Of a DNA stretch of 64,000 nt, positions 27,476-36,804 are shown in pieces; position 1 is the stretch's first letter, and each line of letters begins with the position of its first letter. Origin of the DNA: an uncultured Acidimicrobiales bacterium (GTDB lineage: Bacteria > Actinomycetota > Acidimicrobiia > Acidimicrobiales > SZUA-35); the NCBI GenBank assembly GCA_937922805.1, contig CALAJV010000013.1, positions 8,879-72,878 on the forward strand, given 5' to 3'. A program made the translations under genes and the position numbers. The notes under the pieces are model-generated. The model did not search any database and was not told where the DNA came from. It worked only from the letters and a program-made list of their open reading frames with translations.

Positions 27476-30472
27476 ATGACAAGTTCTAGAGACAATTTTT
27501 CGTTTCAGTTCACGGATGAGCGGGAACATCGAAGCTTGGATCTTTCCGAACAAACCGATCGCCATTTGTGTGCCCCTCTTGGGCAAGCTCTCTCCGATGC
27601 GTCGGCAAATCGATACGACCGGCTAAGAAACGGCGCCCGTCAAAACAAATGGCACGCGCAACGGGCGGGGCGAAAGTTAATCATCGCGACCGCGTTCGCA
27701 TCTGGAGTTATCGTTCCAAGTCTGGCCTCACTCGTTTCGGCCCAACCGTTAGCGAACTTCGTCGGGGATGACGAACCTGTCGACGATGGAAGTATCGAAG
27801 CCGGATTTCACGATGTCATCACCGGAAATACATCATCCAAGTTGAACAGCAACCCGCTGGCGGTCGCGGAGCAAAGCAACACCGAAGTTGTCCCGACCGC
27901 GCTAGTTCGAGCTGACGCTATTTCGGTTGATAACCCTGGAACTCAAGAGTCCTGGCAATTGAGAAACGGGCCCGACTCCAACGGCAACGGAGATGTGATC
28001 ACCGGGAAACCACCCTCGCTGCTAGCCCCCAAGTACCAGTCGGGTCCGAATTCGAATCGTCGGACGCAGCAAAACTGGTCAGCCGCCATTCGGCCTGAAG
28101 CACTCGCCAGGCCAACCGCCACTCCGCAACCTCCTACCCCTTTAACTCAACCTGCGCTTGGTCCCGTAGTATCGGCAACCTCCCAGCAAGTACCGCAACC
28201 GAAACGCAGTTACCAGGGTCCCCTTCCGGAATTCACGTTCGACAAGGCTCCTACGCTAGGCATCCCGACACAAGACCAACCGCAAACCGAAACCCCGAGT
28301 CCACCAAATTTAACTGGCATGGATACCACACCGCCGGCGCCGCCAACTATCGACATCGCAGCTCCAGACCAACCATCAACACTCGACCAATTGCCGGGAA
28401 CAAGCGGCGGTCCGCCGTCGCAGCTCGATCCCTCCGCTCCGGTGACTCCACCAGCTGCGCCCATGGACGTACCGGCTCCGCCAACCCCGAATATGAGCCC
28501 AGTTCCTCCGGATATTCCGGCGACGGAACTTCCATCAAGCTTCGGCCGGGACTTCGATAAAGAGATCGGTGATATTGTCGAAAAAGCGGAGACTCGGGCT
28601 CCCAACGTGACCGAGATTGAGACCACACGGGGCCAAATCGAGTTTGATGGACTCGCCGACGACAACAAGCGAGATGACAACGGCCGAGGTCGAGGCAAGC
28701 CCGGTAAACCGGGTGGGAAAACGATTGACGTTGGCGTAACGATCGGGATGAACAGCGACGAAGCTGTTTCTTCTTCGGTAGATGCCGACGGCAACCTAAC
28801 AGTAACCGTTGAAGCAAAAGACTCAAGCTTCGTCAAGGGTGCAGCGGAGGCGGCTAAGTTTGGCGGCAGTTACACCGACATTACATCTGTCGAAGGTAAC
28901 TCAGTAACATTCGGACTCCCTCCGGCGGCCCAAGCAGAAATTCGAGCCGGGTCAGCCTTGCCCGACAAAGCCAATCTCGATTCAATTACCGTTCCAGGAA
29001 CGTCGGTAAAAGAATCCACGATCACCAGCGGAACTGGCCACGAAGTATCCGGCAGTTTCCGTGCCGAGTACGGTCGCGGCACTGTTACCACCTCGGCAAC
29101 CGAGCAATCAGTCGAGCGAACTAATGCGGAAACGGTGACCGTAACCGACGCCGAATCAGAGACCGTCTCATCAACGAGCGGTCTTGGAATCGGGATCTTC
29201 GGTTTCGGGGGCAACGACTACAACAAGAGCGAGAAGACAACCGCTACCGGCACCGACACACCCTATGGAGTCGGAAGTGATAACCAGAATCAGGCGGCGG
29301 TACAGGCCTACGCCGATCATCTCGCCGGCCGACCAGCGGCGGTTCCGGAAGTGTCCAACCAGTTCTCCGAAGTCACGAACGCTGAGATCTACGGATATGA
29401 CGTCTACGCATCTGGTAATTTCGGCAAGGATCCAAAAGGGGCAGTCAAGGCCACCGACGCCACCGAACACACCCTGTCTATGGAGAGCTACCGAACTGAT
29501 GCGTTGAGCATCGGCAGTGGCCAAGTAAGCCATACCGATACTCGAACGTTCGCGCATAACCCAATTGCAATCGACGGTCATTCAGAGTTGTCTTTGCCAA
29601 GCGTCTCGATGACCGTGCAAGAACAAACCACTTATGATGGCGGCGGGTCTGTGAGCGATCGCGTGACACTCTCCACTGGCGATGTCACGATCGACATGTC
29701 GGGCGAACAGCTCCGGGAGAGCATCGATCACCTCCGAGATACCGGCATAGACCCCGGCCCTCTTGCTGATTCAATTTCGAAGTCGAACAGCATCGCGTGG
29801 GGTGCCCGCAATGTTGACAATAGCTGGGGGGGCTATCTTTTCGGTGAGGAGCATGGCACCACAGCTCCGGCCACAAGAGGCAACATCGCTGAGTTAACGG
29901 GCCACCTTGCGGACCTGGGGCCAACTGGAACCTACGATCAGGTTCCAGCTACCGATACACCAGACGAGGTGACCTTCGCTTCTGGCCCAACCGGTGGACA
30001 AGCTGACGCCGATGCCCAAGGGCAGTCAGACCATGGGTACGACGAAGTCGACACATCGACCGGCGATTCCAATCTTGACAATCCGAATGGCAACTCGAAC
30101 GAGGCCGCAACCACCGACGACGGATACGCCGGAAACACCGACACAAACACCGACGACGGATACACCAACGCCGCCGCAACCTCCGACGACGGATACGACG
30201 GATACACCAACGCCGCCGCGACCTCCGACGACGGATACACCAACGACGGATACGACGAAAACACCGGCGCAACCACCGACGACGGATACACCAACGACGG
30301 ATACGACGGATACACCGATGCCGCCGCAACCACCGACGACGGATACGACGGATATACCGACGCCGCCGGAACCTCCGACGACGGATACACCAACGACGGA
30401 TACGACGAAAACACCGACGCCGCCGCAACCACCGACGACGGATACGGCGACGCTGGTTTCGGTTGGACTTAG
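27476..30472 (+). CDS. Orphan secreted or anchored protein: Pro-rich stalk, Ser/Thr/Gly-rich beta region, acidic DGY-repeat tail
   Basis: About 1000-aa ORF with hydrophobic segment IIATAFASGVIVPSLASLV. Start is ATG 27476 or GTG 27464. Stop overlaps the stop of the convergent gene. Confidence 0.75.
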   Translation: MTSSRDNFSFQFTDEREHRSLDLSEQTDRHLCAPLGQALSDASANRYDRLRNGARQNKWHAQRAGRKLIIATAFASGVIVPSLASLVSAQPLANFVGDDEPVDDGSIEAGFHDVITGNTSSKLNSNPLAVAEQSNTEVVPTALVRADAISVDNPGTQESWQLRNGPDSNGNGDVITGKPPSLLAPKYQSGPNSNRRTQQNWSAAIRPEALARPTATPQPPTPLTQPALGPVVSATSQQVPQPKRSYQGPLPEFTFDKAPTLGIPTQDQPQTETPSPPNLTGMDTTPPAPPTIDIAAPDQPSTLDQLPGTSGGPPSQLDPSAPVTPPAAPMDVPAPPTPNMSPVPPDIPATELPSSFGRDFDKEIGDIVEKAETRAPNVTEIETTRGQIEFDGLADDNKRDDNGRGRGKPGKPGGKTIDVGVTIGMNSDEAVSSSVDADGNLTVTVEAKDSSFVKGAAEAAKFGGSYTDITSVEGNSVTFGLPPAAQAEIRAGSALPDKANLDSITVPGTSVKESTITSGTGHEVSGSFRAEYGRGTVTTSATEQSVERTNAETVTVTDAESETVSSTSGLGIGIFGFGGNDYNKSEKTTATGTDTPYGVGSDNQNQAAVQAYADHLAGRPAAVPEVSNQFSEVTNAEIYGYDVYASGNFGKDPKGAVKATDATEHTLSMESYRTDALSIGSGQVSHTDTRTFAHNPIAIDGHSELSLPSVSMTVQEQTTYDGGGSVSDRVTLSTGDVTIDMSGEQLRESIDHLRDTGIDPGPLADSISKSNSIAWGARNVDNSWGGYLFGEEHGTTAPATRGNIAELTGHLADLGPTGTYDQVPATDTPDEVTFASGPTGGQADADAQGQSDHGYDEVDTSTGDSNLDNPNGNSNEAATTDDGYAGNTDTNTDDGYTNAAATSDDGYDGYTNAAATSDDGYTNDGYDENTGATTDDGYTNDGYDGYTDAAATTDDGYDGYTDAAGTSDDGYTNDGYDENTDAAATTDDGYGDAGFGWT
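30103..30447 (+). repeat. Intragenic mosaic tandem repeat encoding 14 DGY motifs
   Basis: Recurring GACGGATA(C/T) cores within GCCGCAACC(A/T)CCGACGACGGATAC-type units; protein reads (A)AT(T/S)DDGY(TN)DGY. Confidence 0.9.
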
Positions 30473-33243
30473 CCGAGTCCTGGGCTCGGGTCGACCTGGT
30501 CAAGGTCTGGCAGCAGCGAACCTAGTGTCGACCGGGCATAGGCCAGAGCTTCTCTTTCAGCAGTACTCGAGCGATGGCCCAGCGACCCCAATGCTGATTC
30601 AACCGTCACAGTGTCCGGACTAGCGGAGGCAGCAAGGTCAGCGATGGCAACGTCAACTGCTTGTTGTTGATCAGGGCTTGGCGGCAACGTCTCATTCGGC
30701 TTTTGAAGCGGGACCATAACTCGACGAGCGTGTTCGTACTCACCTAGCTCGTAGAGAACGAGGAACGCTTCCCGCACTCCTTGTCGGCTCTGAATTCGAT
30801 TGGCTTGCTGCTGGCAGTGGCCCAGCGCATCAGCACACGTCTGCGCCGATCGACGGAGCTCGCCTGCCGAACGGTATGACCTAGAGAGGTTCAACAAAGC
30901 TTGGCCAGTGACCCATTGGTTGGATACCGATCGTGCGATTTCTAATGCCGATACTAGAAGAGCAGAAGCCTCAGCGGGGCTCGCCAGCCGACGAGCATCA
31001 GCCAAGGCTGTCAAAGACCAAGCAACCGCTGAGGGGTTAGCGACTCGCTCGGCCAGCTGCAGTCCGTGTCGAGCAAGGCCTGCAGCCTCATCATAGAACC
31101 CTTGGGTTGTTAGCCCCATCGATGCGATTACGTGGAGGTTCGTTCGGTAAAAGGGCTGGTCATGTTCATCACACCATTTGAGCCCCCGGTTCAACTCGCT
31201 GTTCGCCCGCTCGTAGTCACCAGCCATACCGTGACCGGCCATTAAAACAACTCGCGAGGCAATTGGCCCGGTACCTATGGCCACTTCATCGGCCTCTACC
31301 GCTAGTTGCATAGCAGTAGCTACGTCCCCCTGGTTGAAAGATCGAAACGCCGCCATGCCAGAGAGTTCCGATTGATTTTCGCAACTGAGATCGTCACTCG
31401 TCAGAGATTGAGACTGTTCCAGTAACGTTTGGACCCACGAATACACTTCGTAGTTCATTCTCAGAAATCCGAACATGTGCATCGACGAGACCACCGATGC
31501 GGCTCGGTTGTAGTTTCCTTGTTGAATGTCGTACAGTACCGCAGCTCGAATATTGCCGACCTCAGAACCTAGCTGGTCGACTGCCGCCATTTCATCACTT
31601 GATTGGACCCTCGGCCCCAGGTCTAACGCAAGTTCGGCGTAGGTTTTGGCTTGCCGCTTTCGAAGGTCGTCTTTCTGCTGTCTGTCCAGCAGTTCAGAAA
31701 TCGGTAGTCGTAGAGGTTGAAGCATCCGATAACGGCTTGCCCCAACGTTGCCGCTCAATTGAACCAGCCCATTAGTTACCAAATTCTCTAACGAGCCCAG
31801 GAGCTGAGATCGAGGCTGTTGGGCTACTCGGGCTAGCTCGGCTAGAGCTACGTCGGGTTGGGCATCAGCCACCAGAGCACCTATTCGCTGGCTTTCATCA
31901 TCGAGACTGTCGATAGACCAACGGAGAGCATTTTGGATCGTGGGTGATTCGCCCTCGAGCACCGAAAGATCGTCTTCTAACAGATCGAGCAAATCGCCGG
32001 GCTTCAACACCGACATTCGGGTAGCCGCCAGCTCAATCGCTAGTGGCATTCCACCCAATCGTTCGCAAATTTCGGTAACCACTGGTCGAGCTGGGGCAGG
32101 GTCAAATCCGGGGTGAGCGATTGTCGCAGTGGCCGTAAACAATCGCTCGCTGTCACCTTCAGCAGTTTCGTCGTTGTTACCAATCCCAAGTGGGCCGAGA
32201 GGAAACACCACTTCACCGAGGACCCCGAGGGGCAGTCGACTGGTTGAAATTACCGTTGGGCCACCGGCTTGCACCGCAGCTTCTGCGACCGAACTAGCCC
32301 CATCGGCTACATGCTCGCAGTTATCTAAAACGATTAGGGCGTCACTTCCGGCCATGGCCTCGGTGATACTGCGTTCGCAGGTTGAGGCAATTTTCGGATC
32401 AACACCGAGAGCACTGGCAACGGCATTGGCAACGTGGACCGACTGATTCACCGGCACGAGGTCAACAAAACAAACACCATCGGTGAACCGGTGACCATGG
32501 TTTTCAATAAACGCCTTGGCCAGACAGGTTTTGCCGATGCCGCCAGGCCCGGTGATCGTAATCACCTGACCAGGTTTGAACTGTTCAAGCACAGCTAGTT
32601 CGTCGAATCGACCAATTAGTTGGCTTGGCCCTGGCGCCGGGGCTTCAAAGCGCCTCTTGGTCTTCAATGGAGGAAAAACTGGACCGGCTACCACAGCCTC
32701 GTCACCTAGCTCATGGTGATAGTCAAGCTGCCACAGGGTTTGAGGTGCGAAATCTCGGAGCGCGTAGGACCCAAGGTTGCGCCAGAAAAACCGATCAGCG
32801 CCTGGGCCGAGCATGTCTCTAGTTTTGGTCGACATGATGATCTGTCCACCATGAGCAACGCTATGGAGGCGCCCACTGTAGTTGAGCGGCGTTCCACCGA
32901 TGTCACCATCGGACAACTGGAAGACCGTCCCGCTATGCAGACCAATTCTGACCCGAAGTTTTCCGGTTCCTTCTGGATCGCTGGCGATTCCGACCTGGGC
33001 CGCAATCGCGGCTTCAGCAGCTTGGGTCGGATCGTGGAAGTAGATGGCTCGACCGTCGCCTTCTCGGGAGAACACGATTCCGTTTCGGTCGGTACCGGCC
33101 CGTTCAACTATTCCATTTATCGTTGGGATGCACCGTGTCATCTCCAAGCTCCGAGTTAACCAAGCTTCAGAGCTGCGCTCGATGTCGGCGAACAGGAAGG
33201 TCAGGTTTTCAAGCTGACCGGGTTCCTTTTCTGGCGAAGACAC
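30469..33243 (-). CDS. Class III adenylate/guanylate cyclase - STAND (NB-ARC-like) NTPase - TPR protein
   Basis: FLFADIERSS, EGDG, RVRIGLHSG, LNYSGRL..AHGGQ cyclase motifs; Walker A GPGGIGKT, Walker B LIVLDNCEH, GMPLAIELAA; helical TPR-like C-terminus with no LuxR HTH visible. Confidence 0.9.
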   Translation of the reverse strand: MSSPEKEPGQLENLTFLFADIERSSEAWLTRSLEMTRCIPTINGIVERAGTDRNGIVFSREGDGRAIYFHDPTQAAEAAIAAQVGIASDPEGTGKLRVRIGLHSGTVFQLSDGDIGGTPLNYSGRLHSVAHGGQIIMSTKTRDMLGPGADRFFWRNLGSYALRDFAPQTLWQLDYHHELGDEAVVAGPVFPPLKTKRRFEAPAPGPSQLIGRFDELAVLEQFKPGQVITITGPGGIGKTCLAKAFIENHGHRFTDGVCFVDLVPVNQSVHVANAVASALGVDPKIASTCERSITEAMAGSDALIVLDNCEHVADGASSVAEAAVQAGGPTVISTSRLPLGVLGEVVFPLGPLGIGNNDETAEGDSERLFTATATIAHPGFDPAPARPVVTEICERLGGMPLAIELAATRMSVLKPGDLLDLLEDDLSVLEGESPTIQNALRWSIDSLDDESQRIGALVADAQPDVALAELARVAQQPRSQLLGSLENLVTNGLVQLSGNVGASRYRMLQPLRLPISELLDRQQKDDLRKRQAKTYAELALDLGPRVQSSDEMAAVDQLGSEVGNIRAAVLYDIQQGNYNRAASVVSSMHMFGFLRMNYEVYSWVQTLLEQSQSLTSDDLSCENQSELSGMAAFRSFNQGDVATAMQLAVEADEVAIGTGPIASRVVLMAGHGMAGDYERANSELNRGLKWCDEHDQPFYRTNLHVIASMGLTTQGFYDEAAGLARHGLQLAERVANPSAVAWSLTALADARRLASPAEASALLVSALEIARSVSNQWVTGQALLNLSRSYRSAGELRRSAQTCADALGHCQQQANRIQSRQGVREAFLVLYELGEYEHARRVMVPLQKPNETLPPSPDQQQAVDVAIADLAASASPDTVTVESALGSLGHRSSTAEREALAYARSTLGSLLPDLDQVDPSPGLG

Positions 33244-33245
33244 TG

Positions 33246-34799
33246 CTAGTTGGGAACAGAATACGGAAGAGGATCAGGATCCGGCTCGTTCGGCATCGGC
33301 ACAATGTCGGCTGAGCTCCAATGGGTGTCCAACGACTTTGGGCTGTGGATACCCCAGCTTCGACAAAGCGAATCTGGGAGTTGTACGCCCCCACGATCTC
33401 GATTTTCGAAGACGTTCAACGGGCTGGTATCCGTGAACATCTGCAAAATCTCTCGTCCCATCATCGCCGATAATTCGCCACCGGAAAATCGGGTTGGGCG
33501 ACCGATCGCGACCTTAGAAACTCGACGAGATATCAGCAGACGATTAGCCCAATAGTGACCCCATCCCCCGCTACGGACACCGAGCATTGTTCTGACCTCG
33601 TCACCAGCCAAATATCGAATCAACATTGCAGGCAAGGGCTTCATTGATCGCGAAAGCGGTTTCTGTACCTCTTGGAGCAAGGCGTTGGCCAGTATTTTCC
33701 CTTCGTGACTTCCTTCTTGGTGTCTTCGTCTGATCACCGCCATGAGCTCGGTTGAGACCTTGGGGGTGAAATGAGTGCCGAAAATGTCGTGTTCCGCCGG
33801 CCGCCGACAATGAGACTCGCCTTCGGAAAGTGCCGACTCAACTCCAACACCGAGATGGCGACCCACAACGTCCCACACGTGGAACCAAGCGTCGATGTCG
33901 TCATCGTTGTAAGGAACGCCTAGGCGTCCAAGGCCTTCAAAAACCGAGACAGTGAACGTGAAAAGGGTCCCGAGTTGATCTTCTTGATTGATGGGTTGGC
34001 CCAATGTTGGGCGTCCGTGTCGCTCGAAACTCTGTTCTCGCTCTTTCCAGCGGGTTGACAACGTTGGATCAGATTCGGATTCGAACATTTTGCGAACGAT
34101 GCCGTGAAACAACCGGACCCGGCGGGCTAGACGCGCCCCGGCCTGACCAGCGTGCAGCGTCGTAAGATGTTGGCGATCTTGGTCGGCGATAGCAGGATCT
34201 TCGCTCAACACGGCGATTAGCATTCGAGCTGTCTCTCGAATGCGTCTTGCCGGATGCGAAACTAGTTCGCTGGTCAAGTACAACACCTGAGCCCCTCGAG
34301 CGCAGGCATAGGCTTCAGGTAGCGATTGATGCAACAGCACTGCCGAGACGTGCAAACCGTACGTCTCGAAAAACCGTTGGGCATGCCTTACTTTTTGAAC
34401 ATCGATGATGGCGTCAAGATCGGCGTCGGGGCCATAGATGAAGTTATAAACATCATCAGGAAGCGTTGCCCCATTGGGCACGGTTCCATCTCCCGGCGAA
34501 CGAGGTTGGGGCGCAGCCAACGCTTTGAACCAGTCAACGTGCTCTGGAATTTGTAACGTCGAGGTTGAATTACCAAGCGACTCGATCGATTTTTGTTCAA
34601 CTGAAAGATCGGTGTTGGCTATCGGGCGAGGGTCGCCGGGGACGACCTCGCCATTCGAAACTGAGTGTTCGGAAGTAGAAGCGTTGGCACTTGCGACATG
34701 GCCAATAAGGCTATCGATCAGCTCTTCGGCTCCGAAGTCGCCGAAGGCTCGTAGATTCTCAAGTTGGGCTGCAACCCTCACTCCGGTTAACGCGTCCAT
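33246..34799 (-). CDS. Lcp/MpaB (DUF2236) heme-dependent oxygenase-like protein
   Basis: AQRFFETYG, SLPEAYA, RRIRETA, RVRLFHGIVR (candidate heme His), GQPINQEDQLGT, WDVVGRHLGV. Start ATG 34799 follows AGGAG and overlaps the upstream stop. Confidence 0.85.
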   Translation of the reverse strand: MDALTGVRVAAQLENLRAFGDFGAEELIDSLIGHVASANASTSEHSVSNGEVVPGDPRPIANTDLSVEQKSIESLGNSTSTLQIPEHVDWFKALAAPQPRSPGDGTVPNGATLPDDVYNFIYGPDADLDAIIDVQKVRHAQRFFETYGLHVSAVLLHQSLPEAYACARGAQVLYLTSELVSHPARRIRETARMLIAVLSEDPAIADQDRQHLTTLHAGQAGARLARRVRLFHGIVRKMFESESDPTLSTRWKEREQSFERHGRPTLGQPINQEDQLGTLFTFTVSVFEGLGRLGVPYNDDDIDAWFHVWDVVGRHLGVGVESALSEGESHCRRPAEHDIFGTHFTPKVSTELMAVIRRRHQEGSHEGKILANALLQEVQKPLSRSMKPLPAMLIRYLAGDEVRTMLGVRSGGWGHYWANRLLISRRVSKVAIGRPTRFSGGELSAMMGREILQMFTDTSPLNVFENRDRGGVQLPDSLCRSWGIHSPKSLDTHWSSADIVPMPNEPDPDPLPYSVPN

Positions 34800-36661
34800 G
34801 TTGATACTCCTGGGATGCCGTCGGTTGGGTCTTGATGGGCTCGAACGAGCACTTCTTCTTGCAAGGTGAACGGCTCTTTCCAAACACCACCCGATTGTTG
34901 ACGAGACCGAAGCAGGTTTATCAACCAATTCATTCGATCGTCGAAGACGCCCCAATTGTGAGAACGAGTACCCGTCCCGTATCCAAACGAATGGTCGAAT
35001 CGTAGGAGTAGATTATTGGCCCAGCCATCGCATATTGGGTCAAGAGCCGGCGGGAAGAACGAGGTTGAGCCTGGCGGATCTGGTAGATCCCGGCCTAGCC
35101 GAATTACTTCCTCGCCTACTCGGGCTACTAGTACCTGATCGGTTAGCACCCGACCCCAAACGTCTCCGAACGACCGCTCGAATCGTTCTGATGCGGCCCG
35201 GTTTATTCGCCGTCGCCACCGTCCGGCACCCCGATTTTCACTGGCTTCGATACCGATCTGCTGATCGAAGTAGTCGGCGGCAATTTCTTCGACAGAGTAA
35301 TCAAGGACTCGTTGAACCTTTATCTGAACATATGATTCGATAAGAACGTTGCCCCTAAAGATAAGTTCAGAGCGGGCCTTGTCCATCCCCGCCTTCGTCG
35401 CTTGACGAGCTAACAGATAGCTAACAAGACCGTGGGCGAGGTCAGAGTAACGCTCGTCTCGATCGGTCTTGGCCAGAGCGGGCGTGAACGGCGGTTCATT
35501 GGGGTCAGTAGGAGGCAACGGCAGCGGATTCGCTTTTACCTCAGCGGCCAAGGCCGGTTCAATTTTGGCGTAGAGATCTAGCAGCGCTTTATGATCACCC
35601 AATTTGGGTTCTCCGCCAGCGTCAATACTGGTTAGCAGACGCATAGCGGGTTCAAAGATCTCGGCTTCAAGAGAAGCAGTTCTGGCCAGCAAGCCCTCAA
35701 CTGAAACCGACAACTCTTTGAAAACAACCCTCTGTGCAGCGGCAAGTAGGTTCGAGAGTCGCTGCTTGTTCGTTTGTCTAACGTCGATAGCAAGCCGGTT
35801 GAAAACGCCACGGACTGCGTTGGTCGTTGATTGATCGAACCTCCGGGGAGCGAACCGATTTCGGACGTTGCGGCCGATTGTGAGCGAAGCCCACGTACCG
35901 AAGGCACAGAAGTTGGCATCGGGCCACTCGTTGTCTTCGGTCTGGGCCAACAGTTTTTCGCCAGCGGCAGCTAACCCCTGAGCATCTAGTGGGCCGCCAA
36001 GGTTGTAGGTATATCCGAGAAGCACTCGGGACAAATCTCGGAACCCGAGCGTCACAAGGTGGTTTTGAACACCGTCGGCAATCGACAATTTCTCCAATTT
36101 CATGTCAGCGAAACTGGCCACCGTCCGCTGCGGTTCGTCACCTCGCTGTTCCAGACCACCAAAGCGGGGACGAATGAATAGCTGAGCGTGGCCGGCCAAA
36201 GCTGACAGGTTCTCAATTTCGCTCGGCGTTAACGTCGACGTTCTCGCAATTGAGAGCCTGTGCTCAGCGGTGAAGACCTGCGGTTCTTTCGTTTGACCGG
36301 TGAGCTCTGCCGACGTGGTCGAAACAAAACCTTCAGTCGAAGCAGCATTGTCGGCCGTAAGGACCATCGAACGAGTGAATTGTCGAGATTCGTTCGGTCC
36401 TAGCCCGATTGGCCCCTCGGGCCAGTCGGGTTCGTGATTGTAGGTACCGACCAGGGAGTCAGTTAAAACCAAACCCTCGAGCGGTTCTGTCCGGTAGTTC
36501 GTGATTGTTGTTGTGTAGTTGACGACAGTTCCAGCTTCGCCGATTTCAGGGTCAGACTGGGTTTCAACCCGAATCGGGTCGTCGGCTCCAGAGCCGGGCT
36601 CAATGTCTGAATCGGCAACCTCTGAAAATTTGGTCGGACCCGTCTCTGATTGGGTTGCCAT
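34787..36661 (-). CDS. Hypothetical protein: N-terminal Ig-like (DUF11/DUF7507-like) domain plus helical domain of unknown function
   Basis: GTVVNYTTTITN..PLEGLVLTDSL; ANFCAFGTWASLTIG; LIFRGNVLI..Q..VQ; NWGVFDDRMNWLINLLRSRQ. Start ATG 36661 follows GAGGAGGGAAGG. Confidence 0.8.
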   Translation of the reverse strand: MATQSETGPTKFSEVADSDIEPGSGADDPIRVETQSDPEIGEAGTVVNYTTTITNYRTEPLEGLVLTDSLVGTYNHEPDWPEGPIGLGPNESRQFTRSMVLTADNAASTEGFVSTTSAELTGQTKEPQVFTAEHRLSIARTSTLTPSEIENLSALAGHAQLFIRPRFGGLEQRGDEPQRTVASFADMKLEKLSIADGVQNHLVTLGFRDLSRVLLGYTYNLGGPLDAQGLAAAGEKLLAQTEDNEWPDANFCAFGTWASLTIGRNVRNRFAPRRFDQSTTNAVRGVFNRLAIDVRQTNKQRLSNLLAAAQRVVFKELSVSVEGLLARTASLEAEIFEPAMRLLTSIDAGGEPKLGDHKALLDLYAKIEPALAAEVKANPLPLPPTDPNEPPFTPALAKTDRDERYSDLAHGLVSYLLARQATKAGMDKARSELIFRGNVLIESYVQIKVQRVLDYSVEEIAADYFDQQIGIEASENRGAGRWRRRINRAASERFERSFGDVWGRVLTDQVLVARVGEEVIRLGRDLPDPPGSTSFFPPALDPICDGWANNLLLRFDHSFGYGTGTRSHNWGVFDDRMNWLINLLRSRQQSGGVWKEPFTLQEEVLVRAHQDPTDGIPGVSTWTR

Positions 36662-36804
36662 ACACCTTCCCTCCTCAGTGCGGTCGCCCAACGAACTCAC
36701 ATGGTCCGTCAACTGACAGTACCAAAATTGAATGGCACCAGCTAGGCCCGGGGAAGGTCGGAAAGCGGGATCACTCCCGCAGCCATAGTTCGAATCAAAA
36801 CTAC

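Noticed and set aside
29938-30623. Arg-rich 184-aa ORF (-), Ser/Val/Tyr ORF (-) and Thr/Pro ORF (+) over the repeat
   Set aside because: Alternative frames of the low-complexity DGY repeat, which lacks stops by composition.
34800-34955. N-terminal extension of the DUF2236 ORF in the track
   Set aside because: It overlaps the upstream gene's coding end; AGGAG-N7-ATG at 34799 is the better start.
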